Source: Candidatus Kapaibacterium sp.
Lineage (GTDB): Bacteria; Bacteroidota; Ignavibacteria; Kapaibacteriales; NICIL-2
Length of the DNA: 64,000 bases
Direction of reading: 5' to 3'
Assembly (NCBI GenBank): GCA_025055755.1
Contig: JANWWF010000004.1
Location: 810 to 64,809 of the forward strand
Shown here piece by piece: positions 45,499 through 54,228 of the stretch. Made by a program: the position numbers and the translations under genes. The notes beneath the pieces are model-generated. The model ran no database searches. It saw only the letters and a program-made list of their open reading frames with translations, and was not told where the DNA came from. How positions within the stretch are numbered: position 1 is the first letter of the stretch; each line of letters opens with the position of its first letter.

Positions 45499-47694
45499 TC
45501 AATAGGTAATGGGGACGTTGATGACAGCTTTCCCATCGGCGGAGACTTCGCCATTACACTTGTTTTTTGCTTTGGCAGAAACAATGAGGGTAACGTTCCC
45601 TTCTACCTTCCCCCGCCGCAAGGGAGGTCCATCCAGCCGTAGCTCCACTTCGTATCCACCCGCTGCCGCGCGGGGATTCTGTGCTGTGACCTTGTATCCC
45701 GCAATGTCCGCTTTTTGAATGACCACCTTAAAGTCGAAAATATCGTTGGGACCAGCTTTCGCCCCCCCAACATCTATGATAGGCGGCAAGATTTTGATGT
45801 TCTTGACCACCACCACCGGCACGCGGGGATCAACAATCTGATCGTATTTGACATCGGTTGTCACGATCTTCGGAGGACGCTGCTTTGGAGTTCCCTGGAG
45901 TGGACCGCTCGGCAACAGCGACACCCGCTCCTTGGTGTCTGGGTCCTCCCACAAGATATCAACGGAGACGGAGTTTGCACCGCAGGGGATCTCCCGCCGA
46001 TATTGCAAGCCACGAACAGGCTGGGATTGCTCATTGCCGATAATAGCGTTGATGAGGTACTGTCCAGCAGAAATCTTCTTCCCGTCAGCTGGAACTGGCA
46101 GTATTTCCAGCTCAGAGCCGAAGTAGCAGTTTTCTACATTTGCTCGCACGTCGTCGAGATTTTCGAGCTTGCTTTCAAAGGATTTTAGCAGCACAGTTTT
46201 GTCGGTAGTCTTCCCTATCCGGTTCGCATGGGTAATAGTCAGCTCGTAATCTCCTGCTGGTATGCTCTGTTCAATGACAATCTTATAGTTCCGGGCTTGA
46301 GCCGTTGGATCACTCGAGGCAGCTGCTTGCTGCGCTGGACCCACATCCACAACTTTCACCGGCAAGACAGGATTTGATCGCACTGTCGGCAGTTTTGCTG
46401 GATCATAAGGACTTGCAGTAAAGGGTATCTCCACTCGTGGCAAGCGATCGAACACATACTTAGCATCCGCAGCATATACTACGGGATCAGAAGGCGGAGG
46501 AATGTTAGGCTTGACCACCCGCACGTTGATTGCATAGGAAGCACGATTCTGGTCAAAGAATGCAGAAGCGCCCGGCGCAAGGAGCTTAGCAATGTAGCTA
46601 TACAGCTCAATGCGACGCATCCGTTCTTGGGCTTTGGGATCATCGGCATCGGATTCATCTTTGACGCGTTTAATCACTGCTTGAATCTGCTCATCAAATT
46701 CGTCAACTGTGATTTTCCCCTGTGCTAAGTCGTCGGAGGAGGGCAGCGGTATACCGCTGAGTTGCTCAACGATGTTCTTTTTGACTTGCAACAAGTCTTT
46801 GATCTTGAGCTGAACGGTACCGATGTTGACTTTCTCTTCCAGTGGCACTTCAGTTGGTGGCACATCGCTCCGAACGCCGAGGATTCGGTTAGTCCGCGAT
46901 GCAAACCGGAGTTTGTACCATCCTGGTTGTCCTGCTGGCTGGAAGCGAACCAAGAAATAGCGCTTTTTGTAGCGTCCTCCACTGTTCCGCGCCTCTTCAT
47001 CGGTCAAATTTTGCAAATAGATGAAGGCCGAATCTGCCGCCGTCGGAGGAGCAAATCGTCGAATATCCCCAATCTTCAGCGTTGATTTGTACACAGGACG
47101 ACGGTAGTCGCTTACTTGGTCCACTTGGAGCTCTAAGCGCTCAAGTGCAAGAAGCTTCCATCGTGCACCATCAACGGCATCCCCGAATTCTTGCCCTTCG
47201 GAGAACCTACTAAAGTCAATTCGCATCTTGCGCAAGCTATCATCGGAAGGGAATGGTGGTGCTCGATCAGGAACATTGCTGGGATGGTAAAAAATTTGGT
47301 AGTCCAGCTCTTGCACATTCGCCAGTTTGATAAGATTGCGCATTTTCTCTGCGGCTTCTTTTGGATCGAGCCCTTCCAATTTATCGGCGGTGCTTACATC
47401 AGTAACTCCTACAATCACCTCATACAGGCGGTCTTGCTTGATCTGTGGCCCCCCTGCAACTCGCATCGAAGCATCTTGCAACGTGATTTCGTCTTGTGGA
47501 CGTGTGCTGATACCTTCTGTCCCTGTCCCTACCTGGAGTTGCGAGAGTATGCTCTCGACAATTTTCATCGACTCTTTCTGCTTCTGAATCAGGTGCTCCT
47601 CGGCCTCATCGCGTTCGACGATGATGATCAGGAGCTCCAGAATAACTGCCAGGTAAAGCACAAAATATACCTTACCCGCACCGCCTTTAGCCAT
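45499..47694 (-). CDS. Single-pass inner-membrane protein with a large periplasmic region; divergent GldM/PorM-like candidate
   Basis: MAKGGAGKVYFVLYLAVILELLIIIV (one N-terminal TM), helical stalk, then repeated beta-rich Ig-like segments; GAGGA RBS. The CDS is clear; the homology is tentative. Confidence 0.6.
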   Translation of the reverse strand: MAKGGAGKVYFVLYLAVILELLIIIVERDEAEEHLIQKQKESMKIVESILSQLQVGTGTEGISTRPQDEITLQDASMRVAGGPQIKQDRLYEVIVGVTDVSTADKLEGLDPKEAAEKMRNLIKLANVQELDYQIFYHPSNVPDRAPPFPSDDSLRKMRIDFSRFSEGQEFGDAVDGARWKLLALERLELQVDQVSDYRRPVYKSTLKIGDIRRFAPPTAADSAFIYLQNLTDEEARNSGGRYKKRYFLVRFQPAGQPGWYKLRFASRTNRILGVRSDVPPTEVPLEEKVNIGTVQLKIKDLLQVKKNIVEQLSGIPLPSSDDLAQGKITVDEFDEQIQAVIKRVKDESDADDPKAQERMRRIELYSYIAKLLAPGASAFFDQNRASYAINVRVVKPNIPPPSDPVVYAADAKYVFDRLPRVEIPFTASPYDPAKLPTVRSNPVLPVKVVDVGPAQQAAASSDPTAQARNYKIVIEQSIPAGDYELTITHANRIGKTTDKTVLLKSFESKLENLDDVRANVENCYFGSELEILPVPADGKKISAGQYLINAIIGNEQSQPVRGLQYRREIPCGANSVSVDILWEDPDTKERVSLLPSGPLQGTPKQRPPKIVTTDVKYDQIVDPRVPVVVVKNIKILPPIIDVGGAKAGPNDIFDFKVVIQKADIAGYKVTAQNPRAAAGGYEVELRLDGPPLRRGKVEGNVTLIVSAKAKNKCNGEVSADGKAVINVPITY

Positions 47695-47770
47695 TGCGCG
47701 TTCCTCTGGATGTGGACGATGGAATTGACACCGGAGGCATTAGGTAATTACGACCGCCACCAGAAAGACC

Positions 47771-48073
47771 TTAGCGCTTCGGTGGAGCACTTGGTTGGGC
47801 TGGAGCCGCATCCGCTTTCGCTGTTTCGACAGGTGTGGTGCTGTTCTCGTTTGCAGACGCAGGCTGCACGGTGTTCTCCTTTGCCTCTGGGGCATGTTGA
47901 GCAGCGCTACTGGCGCCATGCTTGAGGGAGCAAGAATTTTTCTTTGCTGATGCTTTCGACATGCAGCAAGAAGCCTTTTCCTTCCCGACGCACTTACCAT
48001 CGGGACCACATGCGGATGCAGCGACTGCTCCGCTCACTAACAGTGCAATTGCACTGACAATAAATGCTTTCAT
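47771..48073 (-). CDS. Small secreted Cys/Lys-rich protein with a low-complexity Ala/Pro tail
   Basis: MKAFIVSAIALLVSGAVAASA signal; CGPDGKC...SCC...SC; 100 aa. Confidence 0.75.
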   Translation of the reverse strand: MKAFIVSAIALLVSGAVAASACGPDGKCVGKEKASCCMSKASAKKNSCSLKHGASSAAQHAPEAKENTVQPASANENSTTPVETAKADAAPAQPSAPPKR

Positions 48074-48104
48074 GCTTAGCCTGGTAGTAGTGGAAACGAC
48101 GGTG

Positions 48105-48112
48105 CAAATATA
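48105..48112 (-). promoter_or_regulatory. -7 promoter element (TATATTTG) heading the 48.07-42.3 kb operon
   Basis: Exact TAnnTTTG about 30 bp upstream of the 48073 start. Confidence 0.6.
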
Positions 48113-48154
48113 CCAGCTTTTCCCGTTATTACCAAACGCGTGTTGCATTTACTG

Positions 48155-51100
48155 TTATGAACAACCTGTCGTCGTACCGCAATCTTCGCATACGGTGCAG
48201 GAGCCATTTCGCTTGACCCGCATTGAGCCACATGAATAACATTGCTCGCCGGTGTATCCTTGTGCTTTTGCTTGCAAGACAACTTTTGGTTGTTCGCCGC
48301 TACTACTGCGCGGTGCAGCATTTACTTCGACCAACGGAGAAGGAGGTGGAGCAATTGGCGTAGCCTGTGGGACAGCAGAGGTAGGCTTGACCACTGCTTC
48401 CGGTGGAACTTCGTCCACTGCTTTGACGTGCACAAAATCAGTTCGGTTGAGATAGTCGTAGCCAATCGAGCGGAAGACAAAGTCCAGCACGCTGGTCGCA
48501 TACTTGATTGCTTCGTGGCCCTGCACCGGACCCGATGGCTCAAAGCGCGTGAACGTGAAGGTATCGACCAGCTCTTCCAACGGCATGCCGTACTGAAGCG
48601 CTTTCGATGCCAACACGGCAAAGCAGTTCATCAAGCCCTTAAAGGAGGCTCCTTCTTTGTACATATCGATGAAAATCTCGCCCACGGTGCCATCTTCATA
48701 CTCACCCGTGCGCACAAACACCTTATGCCCTCCGACATACGCTTCGCGGATAATTCCCTTCCGCTTTTTCGGCAGACGGCGACGCTCTGCTCGATGGTAC
48801 ACTCGCTCGACGATGCGCTCCTGGACGTACTGCGGTCCTTTCGTTTCATCAAGTGTTTCCTCGTCACCGAGCAGCACAATTTCATCCAGGTCATCATCAG
48901 CAGCAACATTGAGTGGCTGGGAAAGTTTGGAGCCATCTCGGTAGAGCGCAATTGCCTTCAAGCCCAGCTTCCAGGACTCAAGATGGACGTTGGCGATATC
49001 TTCGATGGTCGCCTCGGCAGGCATGTTGATAGTCTTGGAAATTGCACCCGAAATAAACGGCTGGGCGGCTGCCATCATGCGTACATGTGCCATAAAGGGA
49101 ATGTAACGCTGCCCACGCTTGCCGCACTTATTGGCACAATCGAATATCGGTAGATGCTCTGGCTTCAGATGAGGAGCCCCTTCAATCATCATGGTCCCGC
49201 ACACATAGTCGTTGGCCCGTTCGATTTCCTCCTTGGAAAATCCCAAAGCCGAAAGCATGTCGAACGATGGATCGTTCAATTGCTCGGAAGTAAAGCCAAG
49301 AACACGGGTGCAGAACTCTTCCCCAAGTGTCCATTTGTTGAACGCAAAGCGAATGTCAAACACTGTGTCAAGCTGTGCCTCAATTGCTGCAAGAGCCTCG
49401 TCGGTGAAACCTTTTTCCTTAAGTCGAGCACGATTGATCGTCGGGCAACCGACCAGCGTTCCATGTCCCTTGCAGTAGCGCTCAATATCCTCGATTTGTT
49501 CGGGGGTGTATCCCAGCCGTTTAAGCGCTTTCGGCACCGACTGATTGACGATTTTGAAGTATCCCCCACCTGCAAGTTTCTTGAACTTGACGATAGCAAA
49601 ATCTGGCTCGATTCCTGTGGTGTCGCAATCCATTAGCAATCCGATGGTACCGGTCGGTGCAATCACGGTTACCTGCGCATTGCGATAGCCATACTTTTCG
49701 CCCATCTCCAGAGCACGGTCCCACGCCTGGCGTGCTGCCGCAACAAGGTTTTTGTCGGGGCACTTGCTGCCGTCGAGTCCCATGGGAAGAATGGTCAGCC
49801 CCTCGTATTCATGGGGTGGAGCATTGTACGCAGCACGGCGATGATTGCGAATAACTCGGAGCATCGGCTCTCGATTCGCCTCAAAGCGAGGGAATGGTCC
49901 CAGCTCTCGTGCCATCTCTGCGCTGGTAGCATATGCTTCCCCGGTCATAAGCGCAGTAATAGCCCCACAGTATGCCAGTGCCTCGGGCGAATCATACGGA
50001 ATACCGAGAATCATCAAGATAGTCCCCAAGTTCGCATAGCCCAGCCCCAAAGTGCGATAGTCATAGCTTTTCTGTGCAATCGCTTTTGAGGGAAACTGGG
50101 CCATTAGCACGCTGATTTCAAGCACAATTGTCCACAACCGTACTGCATGGCGGAAGTCGTCAACGCGAAATTCTCCCGTTTCCTCATCGAGGAAGTGCGC
50201 CAAATTCAGCGACGCAAGGTTACATGCTGTATCATCAAGAAACATGTACTCGGAACAGGGATTCGAAGCATTGATGCGCCCGTCCACTGGACAGGTGTGC
50301 CACTCGTTGATGGTTGTATCAAATTGCAAGCCAGGGTCTGCACTTTTCCACGCACTGATGTTGATTTTATCCCACAGCTCCCGTGCTCGCACCGTGCGCG
50401 CAACTTGCCCCGTAGTGCGCCATCGCAAATGCCAGAGCCGGTCGGCAAGCACTGCTTCCATAAATTCGTTTGTGACCCGAACAGAATTGTTCGAATTCTG
50501 CCCCGAGACTGTCAGGTACGCCTCCCCTTCATAATGAGTATCGAGCACCTCCAGATCGATTGTGGTAATGCCCTGCCGCACCAGTGCCAGCGTCCGCTCG
50601 ATATAGGCACGGGGCACCCCTCGATGCAACGCGCGACGGACTAATGTTCGCAGTCGTGGATTGGTGGCATAGTCCGCCCCTCCTGCAGCGGCTTCATTGG
50701 CGATTGCTTGCAAAAAGGTCTTGTTGATCCGCGATCCAGTAACCAACGCGGCAACTTTTTCTTCCTCTTTTGCTTTCCACTCGATAAATTCTTCTACGTC
50801 GGGGTGGTCAATATTCACAATAACCATTTTGGCAGCACGACGTGTTGTCCCGCCGGACTTGATTGCGCCCGCAGCGCGATCGAAAACTTTCAAAAAGCTC
50901 ATCAATCCAGAAGACACGCCTCCACCGGAGAGTTTTTCGCCTTTAGCGCGCAGTGTCGAAAAATTTGTTCCTGTACCGGAGCCATACTTGAAAATGCGTG
51001 CTTCCCGCGTGACCAAGTCGAAAATGCCCCCTTCGTTGACCAAATCGTCCGCAACACTTTGGATAAAGCAGGCATGCGGTTGGGGGCGGGTGTATGCATC

Positions 51101-51616
51101 AGTGGACTGCTTGAGCTCACCGGTATCTGGGTCGACGTAGTAATGCCCTTGCGGAGAACCAGTGATGCCATATGCCCAGGCCAGCCCCGTATTGAACCAC
51201 TGAGGGGAATTGGGTGCGGCCATCTGTGCCAGCAGCATGTACACTAATTCATCGTAGAATGCTTGTGCATCCTCGTCGCTGTCGAAATAACCGTAGCGCT
51301 TTCCCCAGTCTGTCCAACATCCTGCCAAGCGGTGGACAACTTGCTTGACCGACCGCTCACTGCCCAGCACGGGTTTCCCATCGGGTCCAAGAAGGGGATT
51401 CCCCTCCGCATCGTATTGAGGCACTCCTGCTTTGCGGAAGTACTTCTGTGCCAAAATATCGGTAGCTACCTGCGACCAATGTGCAGGCACCTCGATATCG
51501 TCCATTTGAAACACAATCGATCCATCGGGATTTCGCAGGACAGACGAGCGCAACGTGTACTCAAACATCGAATAGGGGCTGACACCCGGCTTGGTAAAGC
51601 GACGTTGGATTTTCAT
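48155..51616 (-). CDS. nrdJ: Vitamin B12-dependent (class II) ribonucleotide reductase
   Basis: PNSPQWFNTG, HACFI, GGTTRRAAKM, NASNPCSEY, IAPTGTIG, ISKTIN, YRDGSK, C-terminal TSCPD-like domain and zinc ribbon CYSC..CEDC. Confidence 0.97.
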   Translation of the reverse strand: MKIQRRFTKPGVSPYSMFEYTLRSSVLRNPDGSIVFQMDDIEVPAHWSQVATDILAQKYFRKAGVPQYDAEGNPLLGPDGKPVLGSERSVKQVVHRLAGCWTDWGKRYGYFDSDEDAQAFYDELVYMLLAQMAAPNSPQWFNTGLAWAYGITGSPQGHYYVDPDTGELKQSTDAYTRPQPHACFIQSVADDLVNEGGIFDLVTREARIFKYGSGTGTNFSTLRAKGEKLSGGGVSSGLMSFLKVFDRAAGAIKSGGTTRRAAKMVIVNIDHPDVEEFIEWKAKEEEKVAALVTGSRINKTFLQAIANEAAAGGADYATNPRLRTLVRRALHRGVPRAYIERTLALVRQGITTIDLEVLDTHYEGEAYLTVSGQNSNNSVRVTNEFMEAVLADRLWHLRWRTTGQVARTVRARELWDKINISAWKSADPGLQFDTTINEWHTCPVDGRINASNPCSEYMFLDDTACNLASLNLAHFLDEETGEFRVDDFRHAVRLWTIVLEISVLMAQFPSKAIAQKSYDYRTLGLGYANLGTILMILGIPYDSPEALAYCGAITALMTGEAYATSAEMARELGPFPRFEANREPMLRVIRNHRRAAYNAPPHEYEGLTILPMGLDGSKCPDKNLVAAARQAWDRALEMGEKYGYRNAQVTVIAPTGTIGLLMDCDTTGIEPDFAIVKFKKLAGGGYFKIVNQSVPKALKRLGYTPEQIEDIERYCKGHGTLVGCPTINRARLKEKGFTDEALAAIEAQLDTVFDIRFAFNKWTLGEEFCTRVLGFTSEQLNDPSFDMLSALGFSKEEIERANDYVCGTMMIEGAPHLKPEHLPIFDCANKCGKRGQRYIPFMAHVRMMAAAQPFISGAISKTINMPAEATIEDIANVHLESWKLGLKAIALYRDGSKLSQPLNVAADDDLDEIVLLGDEETLDETKGPQYVQERIVERVYHRAERRRLPKKRKGIIREAYVGGHKVFVRTGEYEDGTVGEIFIDMYKEGASFKGLMNCFAVLASKALQYGMPLEELVDTFTFTRFEPSGPVQGHEAIKYATSVLDFVFRSIGYDYLNRTDFVHVKAVDEVPPEAVVKPTSAVPQATPIAPPPSPLVEVNAAPRSSSGEQPKVVLQAKAQGYTGEQCYSCGSMRVKRNGSCTVCEDCGTTTGCS

Positions 51617-51622
51617 GGTGCT

Positions 51623-51727
51623 TTCTCGGGACAACACAATAGTGGAACACTGCTTATGGTATGTTCTCCAGTCGCTGCTGCCGTGCGACTGCCCGAGGAA
51701 TGATTATCGGAAGCAGTGGGAGAACAT
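51623..51727 (-). ncRNA. Candidate structured cis-regulatory 5' leader of nrdJ
   Basis: Five complementary segments (9, 8, 7, 6 and 4 bp), several of them crossing, within about 105 nt directly upstream of the nrdJ start. Confidence 0.4.
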
Positions 51728-51875
51728 CTCAAAAATCGAGAACACTCTAACGCTTTCGCAAGAGTTGAAACAAATTTTTTTCACGGTTACCATGGCGCCA
51801 CTGGCACAGTTTTTACTGTGGGCACATGCCTGGGTAGTAGTTTTGTACTGAGTCGAGGCTTCTCCAGCAGATGTA

Positions 51876-52274
51876 ATGCTCTACCGTATCAATTACTTAC
51901 TCGGTATCATGGCAGTGCTCTTCGGACTGCTGTACCTGCTGTTCGGTATTGTGGGATTCAGCAGTGACGCACCCTCGGTAGCCGATCGGTGGATGCCTTT
52001 TGTCCTGGCAAGCATCCATGTGAGCGTTGCAGTGCTCCTTTTTTGGACCAGCAGTCGCCAGCGGCGGGTAGAGCAGCATCGGCTGGAGCGGCTATTGTCA
52101 CTTGCTCTACAAGAAAGCTCATCGGTTGGTGTGCGGGATTTTGCAGAGCTGGCGGGGATTTCCCCCGCGGAAGCGCAGGAATTTCTTCTCTGGTCCAGCC
52201 GTCGGCGGCGTGTTGTAGTAGTCGTTGGAAAAGGCACTACCCTTCGCGCCTGGGCACGGCATAGTCTCAACTGA
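51876..52274 (+). CDS. Hypothetical 2-TM membrane protein with a C-terminal winged-helix-like segment
   Basis: Two hydrophobic helices, then VGVRDFAELAGISPAEAQEFL; TAGTTTTG -7 element at 51838-51845. Confidence 0.7.
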   Translation: MLYRINYLLGIMAVLFGLLYLLFGIVGFSSDAPSVADRWMPFVLASIHVSVAVLLFWTSSRQRRVEQHRLERLLSLALQESSSVGVRDFAELAGISPAEAQEFLLWSSRRRRVVVVVGKGTTLRAWARHSLN

Positions 52275-53226
52275 CCATACCCTCGATGGCGGCAATAGCT
52301 AAGCCAAGCACCATCAGACTGCCATAGAAGAGCTGCAATCGTGCATGCTGCACAACCACTGTTGCAAAATGCGGCGACGTAGGCTCATCGCTTCCTTTCA
52401 GACTTCGTAATGCTCGCCACGCCCACGGCATACTTACCCAAGCAAGCAGCGTCCATGCTGGAATGGGATAGTGGTTCCCTTGCGTTGCAAAGACTACCAT
52501 GCCATGCAGCAGGTAAGCACCCCATACTAAACTGTGAGCAAACACTATAGAACGGTGAGGCGAGCCCAGCAATAAGGACAGCGTTTGGGCCCCCGCAGCA
52601 CGATCTCCCCGCCGATCTCGGTGATTATTTGCGTGCAAAATCGCTGCTATCAACAGGCTTTGCGGTAGCGCCAGCAGCAAGACGCTAAGTTCCGATGCTA
52701 AATTCATCACCTGCCACGCTTGAACAATGTATGAGCCAAGCGTCATCAAGACACCAAACGAGAGCATCACTTGCACCTCCCCTAATCCGCGGTACTTTAG
52801 GGCAAATGGTGGTGCAGTATATGCCCACGCAGACACTGCACCAATGGCAATGATCCACCCAATTGCCGGACCACACACTGCCAGAAAATACAGCCCAATT
52901 GCAATCGCAATCGCTGCTATTTGCACGATAAGCTTTCGCATCTGGGCTAACGATAGAGTTCCCTGCACCAGTGGATTGCTTTGCCCTGAATTGTCCATGC
53001 GATCGAGTCCCGAGCGCCAATCGTAGTAATCGTTGAGCAAGTTACTTGTCGCATGAATAGCAATGCAGCCGAGCAGCGAAAGCCCTGCATGGAGCGGTGA
53101 AAAAGCAAAGCCTTCTTCTCCCTGGTGCAGGGTTAGTGCCGCAAGACTTCCAACCAGGGATGGAAATACCGAAGCGGGGAACGAAAACGGTCGCAATATG
53201 CGCCAATACATCCGCAGCGTCGGCAT
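52267..53226 (-). CDS. menA: 1,4-dihydroxy-2-naphthoate polyprenyltransferase (UbiA family)
   Basis: RPFSFPAS, NLLNDYYDWRSGLD, YTAPPFALKYRGLGE, ILHANNHRD...D..AGAQTL. Confidence 0.88.
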   Translation of the reverse strand: MPTLRMYWRILRPFSFPASVFPSLVGSLAALTLHQGEEGFAFSPLHAGLSLLGCIAIHATSNLLNDYYDWRSGLDRMDNSGQSNPLVQGTLSLAQMRKLIVQIAAIAIAIGLYFLAVCGPAIGWIIAIGAVSAWAYTAPPFALKYRGLGEVQVMLSFGVLMTLGSYIVQAWQVMNLASELSVLLLALPQSLLIAAILHANNHRDRRGDRAAGAQTLSLLLGSPHRSIVFAHSLVWGAYLLHGMVVFATQGNHYPIPAWTLLAWVSMPWAWRALRSLKGSDEPTSPHFATVVVQHARLQLFYGSLMVLGLAIAAIEGMVS

Positions 53227-53229
53227 TGC

Positions 53230-53604
53230 TTATGGTGCTTCGATAATCACACATGCAGCTGCATAGTGACGCGTGTGCGAAAGCGACAGATGCACAGGAT
53301 ACTTACCCCATCGTTCTGCCAGAATTCCAGAAAGTGCAATCTGTGGTTGTCCGCTTTCGGTGTGAACAACGCCACAATCACAGAGACGAAATCCGTGGCG
53401 CAGTCCTGTTCCAATAGCCTTGCTGAAAGCTTCTTTAGCTGCAAAACGTGCTGCGTAGTGGAGAAAGCGCTGCGATGCTGCCCGCTCGCAGTATGCGCGT
53501 TCGGTCTCGGTATAAACTCGCCGCAGAAACTGCTCGCCGTAGCGCTCGATTGCAGCTGCAATACGCTCGACTTCGACGATATCAATCCCGATGCCAATAA
53601 TCAT
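53230..53604 (-). CDS. acpS: Holo-ACP synthase
   Basis: [34 protein letters not shown]. Confidence 0.97.
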   Translation of the reverse strand: MIIGIGIDIVEVERIAAAIERYGEQFLRRVYTETERAYCERAASQRFLHYAARFAAKEAFSKAIGTGLRHGFRLCDCGVVHTESGQPQIALSGILAERWGKYPVHLSLSHTRHYAAACVIIEAP

Positions 53605-54128
53605 TGCTCGGCTGCCGCTTTGAGAGCTTGCATAGTAAACACGGATCGCAGTTCAACGCCATGCTGGGCAAGCAGCTCGCTTCCTCCCTGCTGGCGGTCA
53701 ATCACGCATAAGGCGTGCTCGATGTGTGCTCCTTGCTGCCGAAGTGCCATAATACTTTCCGCAACCTGACCGCCACTGGTGACCACATCCTCGATGACAA
53801 CAACAGAGCGTCCCTCGATAGAAGCACCTTCGGCGAGTTTGCAGGTACCGTACTCCTTTGCTTTCTTGCGAACAAATGCCATGGGAAGCCCCGTTGCCAG
53901 CCCTACAGCAGTCGCAAGAGGTATTCCTCCCATTTCCAAGCCCGCCAGCACGTCGGTTCCTGGCGGCAACAGCCGGGCAAGTTCCCACGCAATCTGCTGC
54001 AGCAGCGATGGCTCGGATTCGAACAAGTATTTGTCGAAGTACTCACTACTTCGCTGCCCGGAGCGAAGGAGAAAGTCGCCTACTAAATGTGAGCGCTGAT
54101 AAATCTGTCGAGCAAGAGCGGTATTCAT
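53601..54128 (-). CDS. pyrE: Orotate phosphoribosyltransferase
   Basis: GDFLLRSG..SEYFDK, FVRKKAKEYG, VIEDVVTSGG. Confidence 0.93.
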   Translation of the reverse strand: MNTALARQIYQRSHLVGDFLLRSGQRSSEYFDKYLFESEPSLLQQIAWELARLLPPGTDVLAGLEMGGIPLATAVGLATGLPMAFVRKKAKEYGTCKLAEGASIEGRSVVVIEDVVTSGGQVAESIMALRQQGAHIEHALCVIDRQQGGSELLAQHGVELRSVFTMQALKAAAEQ

Positions 54129-54228
54129 CGTCTCATCCGAAAATCTACCTTGTCTGCGAAGATAGAAGATGCTGCTCTGAGAGCAACGGTAATTTCGCAC
54201 CTGTTTGTTTTACGCCCTGCAGCGATGT

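Noticed and set aside
48155-51616. Intein or intron in nrdJ
   Set aside because: Continuous ORF of typical fused-NrdJ length; no intein C/S...HN or LAGLIDADG motifs seen
51630-51660. NrdR box or cobalamin riboswitch upstream of nrdJ
   Set aside because: ACACAATAGTGG matches only half of the NrdR palindrome; no GGGAA...GCCACTG B12-box arrangement
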